The notes under the pieces: model-generated
Database searches by the model: none
Told to the model about the DNA's origin: nothing
What the model saw: the letters and a program-made list of their open reading frames with translations, nothing else
Origin: an uncultured euryarchaeote
Lineage (GTDB): Archaea > Thermoplasmatota > Poseidoniia > Poseidoniales > Thalassarchaeaceae
Direction of reading: 5' to 3'
NCBI GenBank assembly: GCA_937911265.1
Contig: CALDRG010000057.1
Coordinates: 19,025 to 83,024, forward strand
Length of the DNA stretch: 64,000 nucleotides
Position numbers and translations under genes: made by a program
Part shown: in pieces, positions 39,798 through 49,151 of the stretch
Layout of the letters: each line of letters starts with the position of its first letter
Numbering within the stretch: the stretch's first letter is position 1

Positions 39798-40970
39798 TCA
39801 AGACTCTCTTGTGAATGCCTGTATCCCGGTAATGTAGCGACCGAGAATCAGGTTGTGGATGTCGTGAGTGCCCTCGTAGGTCTTGACCGACTCTAGGTTG
39901 GCCATGTGCCGCATCACCGGATACTCATCTAGGATTCCGTTGGCTCCGTGGATGTCACGAGCCATACGTGCAATGTCGAGTGCGATGTCGACGTTATTCA
40001 TCTTGGCCAACGAAATATGCTCAGGTATCCAAGTCCCCTCATCCTTCTTCTTGCCTAGGTGGTACGCCAGCAACTGGGCCTTGGTGATCTCCCTCAGCAT
40101 CCACGCCAACTTGTTCTGCACCAGTTGGAAAGAGGCTATCGGGTGGTCGAACTGTATTCTGCTCAGAGCGTACTCTTTAGCCGAACTGAAGCATGATTGA
40201 GCAGCCCCCACGGCCCCCCAGGATATTCCGTAACGGGCGTTGTTGAGGCAGCTGAAAGGCCCCTCAAGTCCCTTAGCATCCGGCAGCATCCTGTCTTTGG
40301 GGATTTTGCAGTCTTGGAACACCAACTCACTGGTGACACTGGCCTTCAGTGAGTGCTTCCCTGTCATCTCGGGGGCTGTAAATCCAGGATCGTCTTTTTC
40401 GACTATGAAGCCTCGGATTACGCCGTCGAGTTTGGCCCACACCACGGCTAGGTCCGCGATGGTGCCGTTAGTTATCCACATCTTCGCACCGTTGAGCAGG
40501 TAGTGATCTCCCTTGTCTTCGGCCCGAGTAATCATGTCACCAGGATTTGAGCCATAGTCGGGCTCAGTCAGGCCAAAGCATCCAATCCATTCACCAGTCG
40601 TCATCTTGGGGAGGTAGTGGTTCTTCTGCTCCTCGCTTCCGAAGTTCCAGATTGGATACATGGCTAACGAGCCCTGAACACTGGCAAAAGAGCGCACGCC
40701 ACTGTCGCCACGTTCCAACTCCTGACAGATTAGGCCGTAAGCGATGTATGAGAGTCCAGGGCAGCCATAGCCCTCTAGGGGGGCTCCGAGAATGCCCATT
40801 TCACCGAGGTCGACCCGCCATTCATCGGGAAACACGCCATCATGGCAAGCCTTCTCGATGTTTGGGAGAATTTTCTCATCTACCCAGTCGCGCACCATGT
40901 CGCGCACCATGCGTTCCTCATCGGTTAGCAATGAATCGATATCGTAGAAGTCCAAAGCCTCGTATGCCAT
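39798..40970 (-). CDS. gcdH: Acyl-CoA dehydrogenase, glutaryl-CoA dehydrogenase-like
   Basis: ELERGDSG, GCFGLTEPDYGSNP, GAKMWITN, TYEGTHDIH; co-oriented with etfB/etfA. Confidence 0.88.
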   Translation of the reverse strand: MAYEALDFYDIDSLLTDEERMVRDMVRDWVDEKILPNIEKACHDGVFPDEWRVDLGEMGILGAPLEGYGCPGLSYIAYGLICQELERGDSGVRSFASVQGSLAMYPIWNFGSEEQKNHYLPKMTTGEWIGCFGLTEPDYGSNPGDMITRAEDKGDHYLLNGAKMWITNGTIADLAVVWAKLDGVIRGFIVEKDDPGFTAPEMTGKHSLKASVTSELVFQDCKIPKDRMLPDAKGLEGPFSCLNNARYGISWGAVGAAQSCFSSAKEYALSRIQFDHPIASFQLVQNKLAWMLREITKAQLLAYHLGKKKDEGTWIPEHISLAKMNNVDIALDIARMARDIHGANGILDEYPVMRHMANLESVKTYEGTHDIHNLILGRYITGIQAFTRES

Positions 40971-41017
40971 CTTTCTCAACACTCTGCGACAGTGTGCCGC
41001 AAATGAACGTTGCTCGG

Positions 41018-42235
41018 CTATCTGCCCTTCTTCCTACGTGCTTCTCGGCGTGCCGCCCGTTTCTCTTCGACAGTGCCAAATCGCAGGGTGAAACGCTGCT
41101 GAAGCCCCGGAGAGAGGCTGAGTGCGAAACTGAGTAACACCAGTAGTGTAACAGCAGGGATGGCAATGAGGATCCAAACCTCTAGCACGCCTCCGATGGC
41201 GTTCGAGTATGGCGGGTGGTATTGCACCAGCTCACCTCGGTCCGTAAGTATCCACCCACTGTCTCTGTCAGTACTCCATGTCGCTACTATCCGACTACCT
41301 GAGACTCCCGTGTCGTATTCCGCCACATCTGAGTTCTCCAGCCAGGGGAAGGAGGAATTCAAGCTCAGGTCGTGCTCAATCAGGCCGAAGGGAGCTACGT
41401 AGATTAGAGACCTGTCATCGCTCTGACGCGATATCCCGGTGAAGTAACCCTCGGCACCGGTAACTTGCACCAACCTCACATCGGAGGTTGACGCGACGTC
41501 TGCGTTCAGAGTCACCCTCGCGATGTTCCTGTCGCTCGAGACAGCGACGCAGTCTGCTGTTTCAGTTGAGGGGCATACGACGTCGGACCATGGATATCCG
41601 GTACCACCTAGCCAGTACAGAGTATGGTCCCTATCAATCACTCCGATGCCATCAACTAGGCTGGTGACTACGCAGGCCATTACCGATGGATGACAGTCTA
41701 TTCCTGTGATGTCGCTCTCTCCCCGGCCCTGAATTAGATGCACCTCAGCACCACCGTCAGCAGCGGCCCTCATCCTCCACAGCCAGCCGTCGGACCCTCC
41801 TACATAGGCCCAAGATCCTCCGGAGTTCCATGCCACTGCGGTCAACCTGATTTGATTGAACTCCAGATCCCCTCCTGCGTCGGTTACCGAGTGGTCCTCG
41901 CGTGCGTATCTGAGGACCTGCCCATCACTGCCTACGATGAGGGCTGTTTGCCCTCCGGGGTGGAAGTCGCCATACGTCAAATCCTCGCCGCCATTCCAAA
42001 TTAGTTCCACTCTGTCATCTGGATTAGAGGTCTTCACTAACTCTAGGTATGAGTCGGCCCCGAACACTATCGCCCATTCTCCCAGGGGATCCACCGCAGC
42101 TCCGTTTAGCCCGAGATCCTGCTCAGACAGACTGATTTTCTCGTACAGTCCGACAGCGGAACCAGCGCTGACCACAGGAGTCAGCATCAGCATCGCGAAG
42201 ATTACTGCTAGCGCGCTGCTGCTGCCTCGGTGCAC
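41018..42235 (-). CDS. Secreted beta-propeller protein with C-terminal TM anchor
   Basis: Signal peptide; propeller-like repeats (DFHPGGQTALIVGSDG, AWNSGGSWAYVGGSDG); TM followed by a basic tail. Confidence 0.65.
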   Translation of the reverse strand: MHRGSSSALAVIFAMLMLTPVVSAGSAVGLYEKISLSEQDLGLNGAAVDPLGEWAIVFGADSYLELVKTSNPDDRVELIWNGGEDLTYGDFHPGGQTALIVGSDGQVLRYAREDHSVTDAGGDLEFNQIRLTAVAWNSGGSWAYVGGSDGWLWRMRAAADGGAEVHLIQGRGESDITGIDCHPSVMACVVTSLVDGIGVIDRDHTLYWLGGTGYPWSDVVCPSTETADCVAVSSDRNIARVTLNADVASTSDVRLVQVTGAEGYFTGISRQSDDRSLIYVAPFGLIEHDLSLNSSFPWLENSDVAEYDTGVSGSRIVATWSTDRDSGWILTDRGELVQYHPPYSNAIGGVLEVWILIAIPAVTLLVLLSFALSLSPGLQQRFTLRFGTVEEKRAARREARRKKGR

Positions 42236-42335
42236 GTCCCGCCGACAGGCGATGCCGGTTTAGCCCGTTCGACACAAGCATCGATTGGGCTTGCGTGGTA
42301 ACAGCATTCAAGAAGGGTTCAGCCAGCGCTCGACC

Positions 42336-42851
42336 ATGGAGAGATTTGATGTCAAGCGCGGACTGGTAAAGCAGGTAACTTCGAACGGCGGGCTGGCAGT
42401 GCTGGCGCGGGATTACTTCGATAATGTCGAGGCCGCCGGTGACAATTCATTCAACGGTTCGCACGACATAATGACCTCCATTGTAGCCAGTTACAACGAG
42501 CAGGGCGCATTGGTTGTGAACATAACCAATATCCCTCCTGACTTCGATGATGCGGAGGCCGTTAAATCAGCCATGGAGGCGCGCAAGAATTGGACTTTGT
42601 TCCTCGACGCTGCCACCGGATACAATTCCAAGCAGAGAGGAGATAAGGCCAAAGAATGGGCCAAGAAGGCCAGTAAGGCGAAGTCCGGCATTTCTGCAGC
42701 GCGACACTTCATATCAATGTCGCAAAACATCCCCGAAGAGATCTCTGAACAGGCAGAGTCTATGATTGAGGAAATCGAGGCCGCGTTGGAGCAGGGAGAC
42801 AACACGAAGGCGGCAGGACGCGCGGGAAAACTGGCCAAACTGCTCGAATGA
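42336..42851 (+). CDS. Conserved archaeal hypothetical protein (DUF5611-like)
   Basis: FDVKRG at the N-terminus and WTLFLDAATGYNSKQR resemble DUF5611 as I recall it; 8 bp upstream of tyrS. Confidence 0.6.
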   Translation: MERFDVKRGLVKQVTSNGGLAVLARDYFDNVEAAGDNSFNGSHDIMTSIVASYNEQGALVVNITNIPPDFDDAEAVKSAMEARKNWTLFLDAATGYNSKQRGDKAKEWAKKASKAKSGISAARHFISMSQNIPEEISEQAESMIEEIEAALEQGDNTKAAGRAGKLAKLLE

Positions 42852-42859
42852 GGTGAACC

Positions 42860-43978
42860 ATGAGCGACAATGACCCTCTCTTGTCGCTAGATGATGAGGG
42901 GCGCTCACGCGTCTCCCGTATGTTCGCCGGTTGCGCTGAAGTCGTCGGCGCAGAACACGTCGCCTCTGTTGTTTCAGGAGGACCGACGCACTCTGGAGAC
43001 GATCAATTGGTTGCATATATCGGACTTGAGCCCAGTGGCAAGGCACACTTGGGCTGGATACTGCTTGCCGACACCATACGCAACATGCTCGACGAAGGCG
43101 TGAACGTAATCATCCTACTCGCCGACTGGCACGCTTGGGTGAATGACAAGTTCGATCGCGATATGGACAAGATTACACTCGCCGGCGAATACATGACCGA
43201 GGTCTTCAGGGCGCTATTGGGAAATCCTCCCGAGGGCGAGGGGGCAGGCCAGCTCAGATTCCTGAGCGCATCACAGCTGATGGACTCAGGCAGGTACTGG
43301 GAGAGAGTGCTCAGGTGTTCGAAGAACATGAGCCTCTCTAGGGTGCGCAGGACGTTCAGCATCATGGGTCGCGACGAGGACTCCTCGGATCACGACCTAG
43401 CCGCGTTCTACTACCCAGCCCTACAGGCAGCGGACATTTTCGAGTTGGAGATTGACATTGCTTTCGGAGGCATGGACCAGCGCAAGGCGCACATGTACAT
43501 GCGAGAGGTTGCCGACAAGTACGATTGGACCAAGGCCACGTGCATCCACACTCCCATGATGTCGGGCCTGAAGGGGCCAGGGGGGAGGATGGATTCGTTT
43601 GATCACAAGATGTCCAAGTCTGACCCAGGCAACGCAATCCTGCTCGATGACGACCTCGATTCACTCAGAACCAAGATGAGGAAAGCATTCCTCGAGATCG
43701 GCAACCCCGCCTCTCCAGTATTCGAGATTGCCCAATACATCGTGCTACCAAAACTCGACTCCATCGCGGTGACTCCCGACCCCAAGTTTGGAGAGCCCTC
43801 AAATTGGGATAATCTGCAGAGTTTTGTCGAAGCCGTATCGGACGGATCTATACACCCGCTCGACGCCAAGATGGCCGTAGCAGACGGCCTGTCCGAAGTC
43901 CTAGCTCCGGTTTCGCAGCACTTCTCTCAAAAACCGGACCTCCTAGCAGCGATGAACCAACTAACCGGCTCGCAATAG
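42860..43978 (+). CDS. tyrS: Tyrosyl-tRNA synthetase, archaeal type
   Basis: YIGLEPSGKAHLG (HIGH-like), LADWHA, YPALQAADI, GGMDQRKAH, KMSKS. Confidence 0.96.
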   Translation: MSDNDPLLSLDDEGRSRVSRMFAGCAEVVGAEHVASVVSGGPTHSGDDQLVAYIGLEPSGKAHLGWILLADTIRNMLDEGVNVIILLADWHAWVNDKFDRDMDKITLAGEYMTEVFRALLGNPPEGEGAGQLRFLSASQLMDSGRYWERVLRCSKNMSLSRVRRTFSIMGRDEDSSDHDLAAFYYPALQAADIFELEIDIAFGGMDQRKAHMYMREVADKYDWTKATCIHTPMMSGLKGPGGRMDSFDHKMSKSDPGNAILLDDDLDSLRTKMRKAFLEIGNPASPVFEIAQYIVLPKLDSIAVTPDPKFGEPSNWDNLQSFVEAVSDGSIHPLDAKMAVADGLSEVLAPVSQHFSQKPDLLAAMNQLTGSQ

Positions 43979-44063
43979 TACGTTTATTACTGAAACTAAT
44001 GGTTTTTGCGCAGAGCGAGGACTCATAACCCACTCTCGCCCGCGCGGGCTTGAGAGTGGACTA

Positions 44064-45614
44064 ATGGCATCAGTAGGGATAGACGACATCGCAATTCACT
44101 TCCCTCGCCTCTACTTCGACATGGAGGACTTCGCCAAGCTCAGAGGGGCCGATTTCGGTAAGCTGAACCGTGGACTCGGACTTGCAGCGATGGCAATTCC
44201 CGACGTCCACGAGGATACAGCAACAATGGGTGCTAACGCGGTTCGCAGGCTGCTCGACCGTAATGAGCTCGACCCTACTTCCATCGGCAGGATATACCTC
44301 GGAACCGAGTCAGCCTTAGACGGCTCCAAGCCGACTGCCACTTACATCATGGACATGCTCGAGCAGCGTTACACTCCCACTCAGGGGAAGGACTGCTTCC
44401 GCAACTGCGACGTAGTCGACATGACCTTCGCTTGCATAGGTGCAGTGGATGCCATGCACAACACCCTCGACTGGGTTGCTCGTGGGGGCGAGGGGAAGAG
44501 TAGAATCGGCATCGTTGTGTTCGCTGACAACGCCAAGTACGACATCGGTTCGACAGGCGAGTATACTCAAGGCGCTGGTGGCGGTGCGATACTGATACGT
44601 CACAATCCTCGGCTGCTTGAGATCCCTGACATCTGGGGCGTCTCGACGATGCCCGTTCATGACTTCTTCAAGCCTCGCAGAGAAGTCAATACTAGGGCCA
44701 TTGTAGAGAATGTTCTCGACCTCGCCCGTGAGAGCGGCGAGAAGATCAGGGAAGGACTCACTGAGCGTATACTCAAGCATCTTCCACGCTCTTCTAAGAA
44801 GGACGATGTCATGTTCGAGAGCCCGATGCTACAGATTCACAAGGACACTCCCATCTTTGACGGCCAGTTCTCCAACCGCTGCTATTCTGAGTCAGTCAAG
44901 CAGGCATTCATCAACTTCCGCGAAAAGGCGATTCGTGAAGGTCGCTATAGCCCCGAGAACGACGAGATTCTGACCAACCAATGGAGCCGCATCATCGTCC
45001 ACTTGCCATATGCATTCCAAGGTAAGAGGATGTTCCCGGATGTCTTCCGTCACGACAGGAGACATCTGCCGATGTGGGCAGAGATTGTCGAGCAGATTGG
45101 CCCAGAGCCAATGCCTGAGGACTTCCCGGACACATCTGAGGGGATTGAGGAGTTCGAGCGAGCGAATGATTCGTACCGTAGACTAATCTCCAAGACAGAT
45201 GCATTCCAGATCTTCGTGGATGAAAAAATCGAGAGAACCACCCGCGCATCAAGCCTGATTGGCAATCAGTATACTGGTTCTATCTTCCTCGCTCTGATGT
45301 CGACCATGGAATCCGACTATATTGAGAACATCGATATGTCAGGGGAGAAGCTTGGGCTGTGCGGCTACGGTTCGGGTGCTAAGGCCAAGGTCTTCGAAGG
45401 CATCGTCCAGCCCCAGTGGCGCGAGATCGCTTCAAGATTCCACCTCTTCGAACGCCTGTCTGAACGCCATCCAATCAACAAGACGGTCTACGAGGCCCTG
45501 CACAGGGGCTCCCGCAAGCGTTCAGTGGTCAAACCGAACGACGAGTTCGCACTAGTCAGCATTGGTGCCGAGGGAAATCTCGAGGGTCAGCGCGTGTATC
45601 GCTGGGCCGAGTAA
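44064..45614 (+). CDS. Hydroxymethylglutaryl-CoA synthase, bacterial-like
   Basis: Catalytic Glu (GTES), Cys (FACIG), His (HLPY); GEYTQGAG, GNQYTGS, GYGSG. Confidence 0.93.
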   Translation: MASVGIDDIAIHFPRLYFDMEDFAKLRGADFGKLNRGLGLAAMAIPDVHEDTATMGANAVRRLLDRNELDPTSIGRIYLGTESALDGSKPTATYIMDMLEQRYTPTQGKDCFRNCDVVDMTFACIGAVDAMHNTLDWVARGGEGKSRIGIVVFADNAKYDIGSTGEYTQGAGGGAILIRHNPRLLEIPDIWGVSTMPVHDFFKPRREVNTRAIVENVLDLARESGEKIREGLTERILKHLPRSSKKDDVMFESPMLQIHKDTPIFDGQFSNRCYSESVKQAFINFREKAIREGRYSPENDEILTNQWSRIIVHLPYAFQGKRMFPDVFRHDRRHLPMWAEIVEQIGPEPMPEDFPDTSEGIEEFERANDSYRRLISKTDAFQIFVDEKIERTTRASSLIGNQYTGSIFLALMSTMESDYIENIDMSGEKLGLCGYGSGAKAKVFEGIVQPQWREIASRFHLFERLSERHPINKTVYEALHRGSRKRSVVKPNDEFALVSIGAEGNLEGQRVYRWAE

Positions 45615-45628
45615 GCGCTAACGATTCC

Positions 45629-46819
45629 TCACTCGGGTGCTATCGAACGGTTGATAACAATCCTCTGAACCTCTTGGGTACCTTCGTAAATCTGGGTAAT
45701 CTTGGCATCGCGGAAGAATCGCTCGACGGGAAAGTCAGTTGTGTAGCCATACCCTCCGAGGACTTGGACCGCCCTCTCAGAAACCCACATTGCGGTATCG
45801 CCCGCGAAAAGCTTGGCCATGCTGGCCTCCTTGGTGTGCCTGGGGCCTGCATTCTCGTAGTGCATCTGCTTGGCCCAAGCCGCCTTGTAAACCATCATTC
45901 TGGCCGCTTCGGTTCGGGTAGCCATGTCTGCGAGGTAGTTGCCGATGCTCTGGTGGTGGGCAATCGGCTTGCCGAAGGCGACCCGCTCGTGAGCGTAGTT
46001 CAGTGCCGCCTCGTATGCCCCTTGCGCGATGCCTAGAGCCTGAGCAGCGATTCCTATCCTTGAGTTGTCGAGCGCATTCATGGCTATTGGAAATCCCTCT
46101 CCGGAGCTCTTTAGGACATTCTCCACCGGAACTTTACAGTCCTCAAGAAGCAGCGAACAGGTGTCGCTAGATCTAATTCCGAGCTTGTCCTCCTTCTTTC
46201 CAACGGAGAAACCATCGAAACCTCTCTCGACGATGAATGCCGTCGTTCCCCCGTGCTTCTTCTGACCGTATTCAGGATGGTCAACATCCTTGGCGAACAG
46301 CACGTAGATGCCGGCGCTCGCGCCGTTGGTTACCCACATTTTCTCGCCGTTCAGGACATAGTGGCTACCATCCTCGTTCAGTTTCGCCTTGCATCCGAGT
46401 GCAGCAGCGTCGGTACCTGCTCCGGCCTCGGATAGAGAATAGGCCCCAATCTCGCTTCCAACTAGTCTCGAGAGGTACTTCTGTTTCTGCTCGTGGTTGC
46501 CGTGCAGGGCTATGGTCTTCGAGCATAGTCCGACATGTACGCAAAACATCACGGAGAACGATGGATCGACACGGGCAAGCTCCTCGACAATTATCGCTTC
46601 CGAGATGTCGTCGACTGGGCTACCTCCATAATCCTCGGGTATCGTGATGCCCTGCAGCCCGGATTGCTCGCAGAATGCCGCCCATTCCTCAAGGGGGGCC
46701 CGCTGCGCTCTGTCACGCTCCAAGCAAGTCGGGGCGAGTACGCTCTCAGCGAAATCGCGTACCATCTCGCGAATCATGCATTGTTCCTCAGTCTCGCGGA
46801 AATCCATCTCTCTCCCCAT
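45629..46819 (-). CDS. Acyl-CoA dehydrogenase (short/branched-chain type)
   Basis: YSLSEAGAGTD, GEKMWVTNG, KLGIRSS, GGYGY, KITQIYEGTQEVQR; start moved to 46819 or 46807. Confidence 0.95.
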   Translation of the reverse strand: MGREMDFRETEEQCMIREMVRDFAESVLAPTCLERDRAQRAPLEEWAAFCEQSGLQGITIPEDYGGSPVDDISEAIIVEELARVDPSFSVMFCVHVGLCSKTIALHGNHEQKQKYLSRLVGSEIGAYSLSEAGAGTDAAALGCKAKLNEDGSHYVLNGEKMWVTNGASAGIYVLFAKDVDHPEYGQKKHGGTTAFIVERGFDGFSVGKKEDKLGIRSSDTCSLLLEDCKVPVENVLKSSGEGFPIAMNALDNSRIGIAAQALGIAQGAYEAALNYAHERVAFGKPIAHHQSIGNYLADMATRTEAARMMVYKAAWAKQMHYENAGPRHTKEASMAKLFAGDTAMWVSERAVQVLGGYGYTTDFPVERFFRDAKITQIYEGTQEVQRIVINRSIAPE

Positions 46820-46921
46820 GCAACCGAGGCGGGTTTCGTTGTTAATCCCTCGTGGTCTTCTGAGGGGCATCCCAATCGAATAGTTCAAATTGCTCATCTG
46901 AGCGGCCGAGTTCGGTATAAC

Positions 46922-47425
46922 ATGGCGAACGGCGACTATTCCGAGTTCAGCATCGCACACGACCGTAGGTACACGTTGGAACATCTTTGGCTCCAAGCGT
47001 TGGATGACAAAGCAAAATCGGTGAAGGTCGGAATCAGCGAATTCATCCGTGCTGAGTACGGCAACATCGTCAGAGTAGTACTCACTCGCCCTGAGGATGA
47101 TAGCGAGTTCAAGGGTGACTCCGATGCCGAGGACAACGATGACGACTCTCCTCAAATCATGGGGAGCGGTGACGAGGTCGGGTCGGATGACCTGTTGATT
47201 ACCATCACCACCAGCTACAATGGCGTGATTGAGACACTTCTGATAAATTCCCCTTTCTCTTGTAAGATTCTGGAACTGAATGGGGAGGTCGAAGACAATC
47301 CAGACCTACTCAACGACGAGGCCTATGGGGACGGTTGGTGCGTGATAGTGGAGCCACACGAATTCGACGAGGACCAATTCCTCAATCAGGAAGAGTACAT
47401 TGAGATGCTGAACGAGTTGCCCTAG
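46922..47425 (+). CDS. Glycine cleavage H-protein-like protein lacking the lipoyl-accepting lysine
   Basis: YTLEHLW, VKVGISEF, NPDLLNDEAYGDGW match the GcvH fold; the hairpin reads ITTSYNGVIE instead of ESVKA. Confidence 0.8.
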   Translation: MANGDYSEFSIAHDRRYTLEHLWLQALDDKAKSVKVGISEFIRAEYGNIVRVVLTRPEDDSEFKGDSDAEDNDDDSPQIMGSGDEVGSDDLLITITTSYNGVIETLLINSPFSCKILELNGEVEDNPDLLNDEAYGDGWCVIVEPHEFDEDQFLNQEEYIEMLNELP

Positions 47426-48660
47426 GGCCAACTGAGTGCTGTCCACTCTTCGTGATCTGAGTCTCTCCAGTTCAACTCATCCAGTAACGACAGAACTCTT
47501 TCTGCAGTAGGCAGGTCCCGTTCTACCTGGATTCTGTGCAACAGCCCCTTCAGACGCCCCATCCTCGGACCCGGATCCAGCCCGGTGGCAGCAACCAGAG
47601 TGTTTCCGTCTATCAGGGGGGCGTTACCTGCAATGAGGGGGCTTAGTGTGGCCAGAGCCTCGACGAACTCGGTGGTTTCTTTCCCCAATCCGTGCGAATA
47701 GGCAATGAAAGCATTCTGCCACTCTAGAGGGAGAGCAGCACGGAAGCGGCGAAGCCCACCAATTTCAGTTGTCACAGGGGTATTCTTCGCGTCGTGAAGG
47801 AACGCGACTTGACGTAACGGCCCCTTTGCCATCATGAGGGCATTGCGTAGATTGCCCGCGAGGGCATTGCCCTCGGACGGGTCATCGCTGCACAGCAGAG
47901 CGAGATTGACCAGAAAGTCGGTGCAGAATGATGGTGATACGGTACAGGCGATTCTAGGTAGGACATGTTCCAGAACACCGTCTTCATGCATTTGCAAGAT
48001 TACCTCTCCAGCATTTCTACCTCCGAGAATCCTTTCCATCTCCATTCCAATCCGCTCTCTGGAAACCCCATCGAGCATACTGAGGTTCCCTCTCACAGCA
48101 GATCTCAACGAGGACTCCATGTCCCGCATGCCACCAGTGGAATCTAGGAATCGGTACGCCCTCATTATCCGTAGACCATCTTCACCAAGCCTCTCGCTTG
48201 CTTCACCTACTGCCCTCAGGACACCCGCTCGTAGATCGGACATACCGTCATAGGGATCTATCACATCGCCATCCGAGTCGATGGCCATCGCATTTATCGT
48301 GAAATCTCGCCGGGCCAAATCATCCTCTATACTCTGGCCAAATTCTACCTGATCTGGCCTCCTGCCATCGCCGTAACTACCTTCGCTTCGCAACGTAGTC
48401 ACCTCCCAAGTTCCATCAGAGATATTATCTTTCAATCGGACAATCACTGTACCATACTTCTCCCCTACCATGAGAGAGCGCGGAAACAGTCCCTTGACCT
48501 CAGCAGGCAGCAGTGTAGTGGCAATATCTAAGTCAGTTTCGTGACGGCCCGAAGCAGCCTCCCTGACCCATCCTCCGACTATCCACGCCTCGCCGGCCGA
48601 GCGCAGCCCTTCCAACACCAGCCTGTCGGCTTTGCTGAGGTGCTCATACGCGGATCCCAT
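47422..48660 (-). CDS. cca: Class II (bacterial-type) CCA tRNA nucleotidyltransferase / poly(A) polymerase family
   Basis: VGGWVR, DLDIATT, RSEGSYGDGRRP loop, DLARRDFTINAMA, EDGLRIMRAYRF, VSRERI. Confidence 0.9.
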   Translation of the reverse strand: MGSAYEHLSKADRLVLEGLRSAGEAWIVGGWVREAASGRHETDLDIATTLLPAEVKGLFPRSLMVGEKYGTVIVRLKDNISDGTWEVTTLRSEGSYGDGRRPDQVEFGQSIEDDLARRDFTINAMAIDSDGDVIDPYDGMSDLRAGVLRAVGEASERLGEDGLRIMRAYRFLDSTGGMRDMESSLRSAVRGNLSMLDGVSRERIGMEMERILGGRNAGEVILQMHEDGVLEHVLPRIACTVSPSFCTDFLVNLALLCSDDPSEGNALAGNLRNALMMAKGPLRQVAFLHDAKNTPVTTEIGGLRRFRAALPLEWQNAFIAYSHGLGKETTEFVEALATLSPLIAGNAPLIDGNTLVAATGLDPGPRMGRLKGLLHRIQVERDLPTAERVLSLLDELNWRDSDHEEWTALSWP

Positions 48661-48733
48661 GTTGCGCCGACGGCCTTCTGGACATGATTGCTTCGGGCGT
48701 TAGGCATATTGGGAAACAGCCCCTCGGCTCTAT

Positions 48734-49147
48734 GTGAAGGTCGAACTCGTACCCGTCGAAACTCTGCTTCCACACGAGCAGGTAGAGGAACATCGAGTCG
48801 ACAATCTAGAGAAGATGACTCTACGCTGGAAGGCTTACACTAAGCCCTTGCTGGTCGATCGCAAGACAGGCACAATACTGGACGGCCATCACCGGACTAG
48901 CGTTGCGAATAGGCTGGAGCTTCTGTGCCTGCCGTGTGTACGGGTCGACTATCTCGAAGACGACCGGGTGACGCTGACTGTTTGGCCCCGCTGTGGACGC
49001 GACTCATTAGAGAAGGAAGAGGTCGTCGAAGCAGCGCTGTCTGGTGAACTGTTTCCCCCTAAGACATCCAGGCATCTTCTCTCGGATCATCTTCCACCGA
49101 TTTCGATACCGCTGTCCAGACTCTTACAGCCAGCAATAGAAAATTAA
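48734..49147 (+). CDS. ParB/Sulfiredoxin-fold protein, SerK-like without the insertion domain
   Basis: PHEQ, ILDGHHR, VDY, W, KEEVV, LFPPKTSRH in the same order as in Thermococcus SerK. Confidence 0.78.
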   Translation: MKVELVPVETLLPHEQVEEHRVDNLEKMTLRWKAYTKPLLVDRKTGTILDGHHRTSVANRLELLCLPCVRVDYLEDDRVTLTVWPRCGRDSLEKEEVVEAALSGELFPPKTSRHLLSDHLPPISIPLSRLLQPAIEN

Positions 49148-49151
49148 CCAT

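Noticed and set aside
46535-47155. Long antisense overlap between the acyl-CoA dehydrogenase ORF extension and the GcvH-like ORF extension
   Set aside because: Both extensions are upstream of the homologous regions; with starts at 46819 and 46922 the genes are simply divergent.
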